A DNA stretch of 64,000 bases, from positions 128,981 to 192,980 of the forward strand of contig CAYTAT010000003.1 in NCBI GenBank assembly GCA_964435795.1, in the 5' to 3' direction. The notes beneath the pieces were generated by a model, which was not told the origin of the DNA, made no database searches, and saw only the letters and a program-made list of their open reading frames with translations. Shown in pieces: positions 57,041 to 64,000 of this stretch. This DNA is from an uncultured Spirochaetaceae bacterium (GTDB lineage: Bacteria; Myxococcota_A; UBA9160; UBA4427). How positions within the stretch are numbered: position 1 is the first letter of the stretch; each line of letters begins with the position of its first letter. The position numbers were made by a program, and so were the translations under genes.

Positions 57041-60000
57041 ATGTCCAGTTTTTTCATTCATCGCCCAATCGTTTCCATGGTGATCGCAATCATCATGGTG
57101 ATTCTGGGCGTCGTGGCCATGCTCGGCCTGCCGATCTCACAATTTCCGGATATCGCTCCGCCTCAGATCAGCATCAGTACGCTCTATGTCGGCGCCGATG
57201 CCCTGACGGTCCAGAACTCCGTTGCGACACCCATCGAAGAAAGCGTGAGCGGCGTCGAAGGCATGAACTACATGTATTCGATCAACGCCAACAACGGCAT
57301 GATGGTGCTGCAGGTCAACTTCGAGGTGGGGACCGACCCGAATAATGATCAGATCCTGACCCAGATGCGTTACTCGGAGTCCGAAGCCCAACTGCCCGCG
57401 GACGTGCGGAATTTCGGGGTGACGATTCGACAGGCCACGACCAGCCCGATGGCACTCTTTTCCCTCTACTCGCCCGACGGCACCTACGACGCCCTCTTCC
57501 TCTCCAATTATGCCTACATCAACATCATGGATGCGATGGCCCAGATCGACGGCATCGGCCAGGTCGAGATCTTCGGTGCCGGTGAGTACGCAATGCGCAT
57601 CTGGGTCGATCCGGATACCCTGGCGAATCTGGGCATCACCGTTCCCGAAATCGTGGCTGCCATACAGAGTCAGAATACGGTCAATCCCGCCGGCAAGGTA
57701 GGGGGTGAGCCAGTTCCCGCCGGACAGGAATTCACCTACTCGGTGAGGGCACAGGGGCGGCTGACCTCCCTCGAGGAATTCGAGAATATCATCGTCCGGG
57801 CGAGTTCCGATGGCTCCATCATTCGCGTAAAGGACGTCGCACGAGTGGAACTCGGTGCCCAGACCTACAACCTGATGGGCCACTTCAATGGCAAGCCCGC
57901 GGCGATTGTAGCCATCTACCAGCAGCCGGGATCAAATGCCCTGGCCACAATGGATTCCGCAAGCCAGTTGATGGAATCCTTGAAGAAGCGCTTTCCGGAG
58001 GGCCTCGAATACGTGGTCTCCCTCGACACCACCGAGGCCGTTCGCGAAGGGGTGAGGGAGATCATCGTGACCCTCTTCGAGGCCCTCGCCCTCGTCATCC
58101 TCGTGGTCTTTCTCTTTCTCCAGAGCTTCCGAGCAACCTTGATCCCGCTTCTCGCCGTCCCCGTTTCCCTGGTCGGAACCTTCATGCTCTTCCCCATACT
58201 GGACTTTTCCATCAACACTCTTTCCCTCTTCGGCCTCGTCCTCGCCATCGGGATCGTGGTCGACGACGCCATCGTGGTCGTGGAGGCCGTCGAGAACAAG
58301 ATCGAGAACGGCATGGCGCCCAAGGATGCAGCCGTTCAGGCGATGCGTGAAGTGACGTCTCCGATCATCGCCACCACCCTGATCCTGATGGCCGTATTCG
58401 TGCCCACGGCTTTCATCCCCGGCATCTCGGGGCGCCTCTTCCAACAATTCGCCGTCACCATCGCGGTCTCCGTTCTATTCTCCTCCATCAACGCGCTGAC
58501 CCTCAGCCCCGCCCTGGCGGGCCTGCTGCTGCGTCCGAGAACGAAGTCGAGCGGACCTCTGGCGCGCTTCTTTGCCGCCTTCAACCGCCTTTTCGATCGA
58601 GCCACCCAGGGCTACCTCAAGGGCTGTGGCTACCTGATCCGCAAGTCGGGCTTGTCGATGCTGGCATTGGTCGGGGTGGTCTTCATCGTGGGCTTCAGCG
58701 GAGAAAAACTTCCCTCGGGCTTCCTCCCCCAGGAGGATCAGGGTTACCTCTTCCTGAACCTGCAACTCCCATCGGCCGCTTCGATACAGCGCACCAACGC
58801 GGCCTGCGAGAAGATCGAGAAGATCCTCTCGGAAACTCCCGGGATCGAGAGCTACAACACGATCGTGGGGTTCAGCCTGCTCTCCGGAGTCCAGACGACG
58901 TATAACGGATTCTTCTTCGTCACCCTGAAACCCTGGGGAGAACGCGATCCCCTCGGCCTCAGCGCAAAAGTCATCACGCATCGGCTGAACCTGGAATTAT
59001 CCGAATTCGCCGAGGCCGAGGCCTTCACCTTCCCTCCCCCGGCAATTCCCGGCGTGGGGAGTTCGGGGGGGATCACGTTCATGCTGGAAGACCGCGATGC
59101 GCGGGGAGTGGAGTTTCTATCCGAGCAGACCCGACGCTTCCTCAAGGCGGCCCGCGAACGACCCGAACTGGCACGCGTCTCCACCACGGCTCTCTTCGAC
59201 GTCCCCCAGATCTACGCGGAAGTCAACCGGGAGATGGCCCTCAAACTGAACGTTCCCCTGGCCGGGGTCTACCAGACCATGCAGGCCTATATGGGTGGGA
59301 TCTTCGTCAACTACTTCAACCGTTTCGGACGCGTCTGGCAGGTCTACGTCCAGGCCGAGGGATCATTCCGGAACGACGTCGACAAACTCGGACGCTTCTA
59401 TGTCAAGAATGCCGACGGGGGAATGGTTCCACTATCTGGACTCACGACGAATAAGAGGGTTCACGGGCCCGAGTTCACCATGCGTTTCAACCAGCATGAA
59501 ACAGCCCAGTTGATGGTGATCCCCGCTCCCGGCCATAGCGGTGCCGAGGCCATGGAAATTCTCGAAGAGATCTTCGATGAGACCATGCCCGAGGGCATGG
59601 GATACGACTATATGGGAATGGCCTATCAGGCGAAGCAGGCCGCCGCGGGCGTTTCTCCCGCGGTCATCTTCGCATTCTCCCTGCTGATGGTCTTCCTCAT
59701 CCTGGCGGCCCAATACGAGAGCTGGGCGCTTCCATTCAGTGTCCTGCTCACGACCCCCATCGCCGTCATGGGGGCCTTCCTGGCGCTGATGGCCCGTTCC
59801 TTCGCAAGCGATGTCTACACCCAGATCGGCCTCGTCATGTTGATCGGCCTGTCCGCAAAGAATGCGATCCTGATCGTTGAATTCGCCCGAGCGCGAATGG
59901 CCGAGGGGGATGGAATCGAGGAGTCCGCCCTGCAGGCGGCCGGATCCCGACTGCGCCCGATCCTGATGACCGCCTTCGCATTCATCCTCGGAGTCATGCC

Positions 60001-60190
60001 CCTGGTGACCGCCAGCGGCTCGGGCGCCGTTTCGCGCCAGGTGCTGGGCACCGTCGTCCTCGGCGGAATGCTGGCCGCGACATGCATCTCGATCTTCGTC
60101 GTGCCCTCGACCTTCGCCGTGGTCGAGAAGCTGGCCCACCGCTTCTCATCTCGGAAGCAGGAGGGTACCGCTTCCGGAGGATCGGAGTGA
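57041..60190 (+). CDS. RND efflux permease (HAE1/AcrB family)
   Basis: ORF 57041..60190, 1049 aa. MSSFFIHRPIVSMVIAIIMV..., GIVVDDAIVVVE and LSAKNAILIVEFA. Confidence 0.95.
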   Translation: MSSFFIHRPIVSMVIAIIMVILGVVAMLGLPISQFPDIAPPQISISTLYVGADALTVQNSVATPIEESVSGVEGMNYMYSINANNGMMVLQVNFEVGTDPNNDQILTQMRYSESEAQLPADVRNFGVTIRQATTSPMALFSLYSPDGTYDALFLSNYAYINIMDAMAQIDGIGQVEIFGAGEYAMRIWVDPDTLANLGITVPEIVAAIQSQNTVNPAGKVGGEPVPAGQEFTYSVRAQGRLTSLEEFENIIVRASSDGSIIRVKDVARVELGAQTYNLMGHFNGKPAAIVAIYQQPGSNALATMDSASQLMESLKKRFPEGLEYVVSLDTTEAVREGVREIIVTLFEALALVILVVFLFLQSFRATLIPLLAVPVSLVGTFMLFPILDFSINTLSLFGLVLAIGIVVDDAIVVVEAVENKIENGMAPKDAAVQAMREVTSPIIATTLILMAVFVPTAFIPGISGRLFQQFAVTIAVSVLFSSINALTLSPALAGLLLRPRTKSSGPLARFFAAFNRLFDRATQGYLKGCGYLIRKSGLSMLALVGVVFIVGFSGEKLPSGFLPQEDQGYLFLNLQLPSAASIQRTNAACEKIEKILSETPGIESYNTIVGFSLLSGVQTTYNGFFFVTLKPWGERDPLGLSAKVITHRLNLELSEFAEAEAFTFPPPAIPGVGSSGGITFMLEDRDARGVEFLSEQTRRFLKAARERPELARVSTTALFDVPQIYAEVNREMALKLNVPLAGVYQTMQAYMGGIFVNYFNRFGRVWQVYVQAEGSFRNDVDKLGRFYVKNADGGMVPLSGLTTNKRVHGPEFTMRFNQHETAQLMVIPAPGHSGAEAMEILEEIFDETMPEGMGYDYMGMAYQAKQAAAGVSPAVIFAFSLLMVFLILAAQYESWALPFSVLLTTPIAVMGAFLALMARSFASDVYTQIGLVMLIGLSAKNAILIVEFARARMAEGDGIEESALQAAGSRLRPILMTAFAFILGVMPLVTASGSGAVSRQVLGTVVLGGMLAATCISIFVVPSTFAVVEKLAHRFSSRKQEGTASGGSE

Positions 60191-61629
60191 TGCGTCTCGT
60201 CGCCTTCGCGTGCGCGATCGTATGCTTCCAGGCCGGATGTGCGATCGGCCCCAGCTACAAGCGTCCGGAAGTCGCGCTTCCCGACTCCTATCGCGGCAAC
60301 CTCCAGACCGATGACGCCATGACCCTGGCCGATCTCCCCTGGTGGAAGGTCTTCGAAGATCCCGTTCTCGTCGACCTGATCTCCGAAGCCCTGAACAAGA
60401 ATCTCAACCTCGAAATCGCCGTCGCCCGCACCGAACAGGCCTATAGACAATCCAGGGCCGTCCGATCCGAATTCTACCCCCAGGTCTCCTTCGATGGTTC
60501 GGCGGGAAGAAGCCGCTCCCCGGTCGTGCCGCAACCCGGAACAAGCCTCACCTACACCAACTACGCGGGTGCCCTGAACGTCGCCTGGGAGGTGGATATC
60601 TGGGGCCGGATTCGACGGGCGAGCGAGTCTGCCCGCGCCCAACTCCTCGCCTCCGAGGATTTCCAACGGGGCATTCTTCTATCCGTCGTGGCGGATGTCG
60701 CCTCCCTCTATTTCGCACTCCTCGACCTGGACACCAGCCTCGCCGTAGCGAAAGAGGCCGTCTCCGCCTTCGACGATACCCTCGAACTCTTCACCCGGAA
60801 ATACGAAGGCGGAATCGCCTCCAAGCTGCAGGTCTCCCGAGCGGCCGCATCCAGGGCCCAGGCGACCGCCCTCGTTCCCGCGATTGAAATCCAGATCGCC
60901 GCCCTGGAAAATCAGCTCAGCGTGCTGCTCGGCCGCCTTCCGGGCAAGATTCCCCGCGGCGAGAGATTGAACGACCAGCCGCTGCCCCAATTGCCGGCCG
61001 GACTGCCCTCGGCCCTATTGGAGCGCCGTCCGGATATCCGCCGAGCCGAGCAGGACGTCATCGCATCGAATGCCGAGGTCGGCGTCGCGATGGGAAACTT
61101 TCTTCCTCGCGTCGGTCTCGTCAGCTTTTGGGGAGGCGCTTCCGAAGATCTCGAGGGCCTGGCGAGCGGGAGCACCAGCCTCTGGAATCTGGCCGGGGAG
61201 TTGTCGGGGCCACTCTTCAGGGGAGGCCTCCTCTACTCCCAATACAAGACCCGACAGGCGCTCTGGGAAGAAAGCCGGAGCGAATACGAACTCACCGCCT
61301 TGAATGCCTTCGCGGAGGTCTCCAGCCTGATCGTCGAGAATAGACTGCGAAAGAGCCAACGCGCGGCCCTGGAGACCGAAGTCAAGCAGCTGAGGGAATC
61401 CGTCAGGCTTTCCCTGATTCGCTACGACCAGGGTCTGGCCAACTACTTCGAAGTCCTCGAAGCCCAGCAGCAACTCTATCCCGCGGAAATCAACCTCTCG
61501 GAAGTCCGACTGGAAGAACAGCTCTCCATGGTCAAGCTCTATCGCGCACTCGGGGGGGGATGGAGTTTGGGGCTCGACTGGAGGGTCTCCGAGAATCCCG
61601 GATCCGAAAAACCGGGATCGACACCCTAG
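60190..61629 (+). CDS. RND efflux outer-membrane factor lipoprotein (NodT family)
   Basis: ORF 60082..61629 trimmed to ATG 60190, which overlaps the permease stop (GTGATG). Lipobox FQAGC, then GPSYKRPE. Confidence 0.9.
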   Translation: MRLVAFACAIVCFQAGCAIGPSYKRPEVALPDSYRGNLQTDDAMTLADLPWWKVFEDPVLVDLISEALNKNLNLEIAVARTEQAYRQSRAVRSEFYPQVSFDGSAGRSRSPVVPQPGTSLTYTNYAGALNVAWEVDIWGRIRRASESARAQLLASEDFQRGILLSVVADVASLYFALLDLDTSLAVAKEAVSAFDDTLELFTRKYEGGIASKLQVSRAAASRAQATALVPAIEIQIAALENQLSVLLGRLPGKIPRGERLNDQPLPQLPAGLPSALLERRPDIRRAEQDVIASNAEVGVAMGNFLPRVGLVSFWGGASEDLEGLASGSTSLWNLAGELSGPLFRGGLLYSQYKTRQALWEESRSEYELTALNAFAEVSSLIVENRLRKSQRAALETEVKQLRESVRLSLIRYDQGLANYFEVLEAQQQLYPAEINLSEVRLEEQLSMVKLYRALGGGWSLGLDWRVSENPGSEKPGSTP

Positions 61630-62001
61630 CGGGCTCGCACCCTGCTCCCATCCGGGCCTCGGATATCTCTTCGGGGAGAATGGGGAGGAAGATCCGTCTC
61701 CCCTTACCGCTCGCCAATTGGCCCGGTGCGAGAGAGGCCCGAGGATTGGCGGAAAAGCCTGCGGATTTCCGCTGCGGCCCCAGCACAATAAGCTGGAGCC
61801 GCAGCGGAAATAGCCGGATCCAGGGCTCGGAGTCCTGGCGTGAGACGGGCGAGGCAAGCATTTTCCTCGCATCCCCTGCCGGGAAATCCGGGCGATCATC
61901 GCGATCCCGGTTACCCTTGCCGACAGCCATCTGGAACGGGCAATCGTTCGGAACGCGAGCGAAATTCGAAACCAATCAACCATGGGCGGAAGAGTAAAGG
62001 G

Positions 62002-62955
62002 ATGTCGGCTATTGGCGAGCGGAATGAAGCCGGGAAACCCGTCGACTACATCGCCCTCACCCGGGCGACCTACGACGAACTCGGATTTCCCCCCTATCAA
62101 TGGGTGGAGAATAGGGAACCCCCGCCCTGGGCTCCGGTGGATGTCGCCCTCGAGGACGCCTCTCTATGTGTGATCGCGTCCGGGGGCATCTATCGCTGCG
62201 GCCAGCGCGCTTTCCACCATAAGGACGATGCCTCGTACCGGATCATCGACACCTCCACACCCCCGGACGAGCTGCGGGTCACGCATTTCGCCTACGACCT
62301 CAAGGACGCCCGGGAGGACCCCAACGTGGTCTTCCCCCTCGAACCCTTGAGGAAACTCGTCGCCGAGGGATGCCTGGGCTCCCTCACCTCCCAGGCCTTC
62401 ACTTTCATGGGCGGCATCTACTCGGCCCGCAAGGTGAGGGAAGAACTCGCGCCGGAACTCGTCGCCCAGGTCCGCGACCAGAGGGCGGACCTCGCGCTCC
62501 TCGTCCCCGTCTGACCGGTCTGCCATCAGTCGGTCGGACTGATTGCGAGGCAACTGGAAGCGGCGGGAATCCCGACTCTCTGCATGACGAGCGCCCTCTC
62601 GATCACGCGTTCCGTGGCCGCCCCGAGGGCCGCCTTCGTCGATTTCCCCCTGGGCCATACTGCGGGAAAGCCCCATCGACCCGAACTCCAGCGCGAACTC
62701 ATGGCCGAGGCTCTGGCGGCTTTTCACGAACTGCAATCCCCCGCTGAAATCCGATTTCTTTCTCAACGCTGGTCTCGGGATGAGAGCTGGCGACAGAATC
62801 CGATGGCGAATTCCGCTTCCGAAACAGAGCGGGCTGGAAGCGACTTCCGAACCCCGCGCCGGGATACGCCCCAATACCAGTATTCAGCCGACCGGGTCGA
62901 AGCGGAGAATCGACACCGCAGCGGGGGCTGCGGGACCTGTGTGGGGGCCGAATAG
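62002..62955 (+). CDS. GrdB/PrdB-family (PF07355-like) protein, predicted selenoprotein with TGA(Sec) at 62512-62514
   Basis: ORFs 61840..62514 and 62584..62955 share one frame, and the single TGA is the only stop between them. Read-through gives LLVPV-U-PVCHQSVGLIARQLEAAGIPTLCM...FPLGHTAGKP. ATG 62002 (MSAIGERNEAGKPVDY) is taken as the start. Confidence 0.65.
62522..62546 (+). promoter_or_regulatory. bacterial SECIS-like hairpin downstream of in-frame TGA
   Basis: Stem ATCAGTC / GACTGAT (62525-62531, 62537-62543), extended by GC / GC pairs across one C-T mismatch. Apical loop is GGTCG. The loop starts 18 nt after the TGA. Confidence 0.5.
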
Positions 62956-63197
62956 ACCCGTCGGTCGCTGAATTGGGAAGAGAGAGCTCCTCCACCTGCG
63001 GAGCGGGAATGCGGGCCCCTATCCATTGACCTGCCCTGACTTGACTTGCCCTGAATCCACAGGCCCGGAACGCCCTGGGAACCCCCTTGCGGGTGGGCCG
63101 ACCTATCTCCTGTATGCTCTTTTCACCGGCTTCAACTCCGCGGCAACTCCGCAACCGATGCGATCCGTGAGATCAGATCCGGTTGGGAAGGGTAGAC

Positions 63198-63689
63198 ATG
63201 GGATGGATCCTGAAATTCCTCGCCTTCATCGGGGTGGTCCTTGGCCTGATCGTTTTCGCAGCCCGTTTCCAGGACGGACCCCTCGGCCCGATCGCCGGTG
63301 GACCCCTGGAATCCGGCCCCAAGGTGGGATCGAAACGCGTCGATTTTTCCTTCGCGAAGAACATCGGAGAAATCGAGTTGCAACTCCTCGAACCGCCCCG
63401 ATCGCGCACGACTTGGGTCATCTACTACGAGGGCTCCCTCTTCGTGCCGGCGGGTTTCATGAACCTGCCCATCTGGAAGCAATGGCCCCATGAAGCCATG
63501 GTCGATGGCCGCGCGATCGCGAGGATCCAGGGCAAGCGCTACCCCTTTCAGATGGAAAGGGTGACGGACGTAAGACTCTGGGAGCAGATCGGTGCCCTCA
63601 CGACTCAGAAATACGACCTCCCGAAACCGGATAGCAGCCCGGGAGGAAGAGATCTCTTCTGGGTTTTCCGCCTCTCGCCCCGAAGCTAG
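63198..63689 (+). CDS. hypothetical membrane-anchored protein
   Basis: ORF 63183..63689. ATG 63198 gives MGWILKFLAFIGVVLGLIVFAA (TM helix), then a soluble domain. No family recognised. Confidence 0.45.
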   Translation: MGWILKFLAFIGVVLGLIVFAARFQDGPLGPIAGGPLESGPKVGSKRVDFSFAKNIGEIELQLLEPPRSRTTWVIYYEGSLFVPAGFMNLPIWKQWPHEAMVDGRAIARIQGKRYPFQMERVTDVRLWEQIGALTTQKYDLPKPDSSPGGRDLFWVFRLSPRS

Positions 63690-63838
63690 ACGCCGGCCTG
63701 GAGGCCACGCCACGCGTGCTCAGCGCGAAACGGCCTGCGGCCCGATCGCAGTTCGAGCGGCGACCGTCGGGAGCGCCCCTCCCCCACGCCATTGGCGGGG
63801 CGGGAGCGGACTCTCGCCCCGCCGATGAGCGCCGTGGA

Positions 63839-64000
63839 TCAGCGCCCCCGAAACTCCGGCTCGCGACGGCCCAGCAGGGCGGCGATACCCTCCCGCGAAT
63901 CCTCGGTCTCGGCCGAGCGCGATTGCACGTGGGCCTCGAAGCGGGCGGCGGCCCGGGGATCCCAATCGAGGCCGCGATAGATCGATTCCTTGGTCCAGCG
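63839..64000 (-). CDS. C-terminal end of an enoyl-CoA hydratase/isomerase family protein (5' part outside the window)
   Basis: Own translation of the minus strand: RWTKESIYRGLDWDPRAAARFEAHVQSRSAETEDSREGIAALLGRREPEFRGR*. EDSREGIAA..R.PEF is the crotonase C-terminal motif. Confidence 0.65.
   Translation of the reverse strand, partial: RWTKESIYRGLDWDPRAAARFEAHVQSRSAETEDSREGIAALLGRREPEFRGR

Overview
High-GC bacterial chromosomal segment; I cannot assign a taxon by eye. I can support about 50 protein-coding genes. I found no rRNA, tRNA, CRISPR array, transposase or integrase. All functional calls come from recognising motifs in the supplied translations or in my own translations; no searches were run.

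Left part (1-33 kb): housekeeping and acyl-CoA metabolism. It holds the glmU 5' part, hflX, fabH, a phasin, a HIT + sulfotransferase pair, an SCP-x type thiolase, GPH and NSS transporters, an ABC-class ATPase, an overlapping acyl-CoA dehydrogenase pair, sucA, mpg, Nudix, MATE, SPFH, a family III CoA-transferase, Slt, panE, crotonase, chaC, a pabB-like gene, an epoxide-hydrolase-like gene, a DHH phosphoesterase, a DksA/TraR zinc finger and a YfhL ferredoxin.

Middle part (about 33.6-45.3 kb), which looks less GC-rich by eye: TetR, a ferredoxin-P450 pair, a PAS/LuxR regulator, a globin-like protein, a 1.1 kb ORF-poor gap, a rhomboid protease and a nitric-oxide reductase locus (ferredoxin, CoxIII/NorE-like protein, quinol NOR, diiron protein).

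Right part: LLM oxidoreductase, aldehyde dehydrogenase, two amidohydrolases, SDR, MFS, glutamate decarboxylase and a tripartite RND efflux operon. After these comes a split ORF that I read as a stand-alone GrdB/PrdB-family selenoprotein.

Most notable observations:
1. In-frame TGA plus a SECIS-like hairpin at 62512-62546, joining two ORFs into the selenoprotein.
2. A same-strand globin / PAS-LuxR / P450 / ferredoxin module, with a 12-bp x4.4 GATC-containing repeat array in front of the P450.
3. A 57-bp perfect palindrome at 33784-33840.
4. A 21-bp tandem repeat array ahead of the RND operon.
5. A 1.1 kb gap with no convincing ORF.
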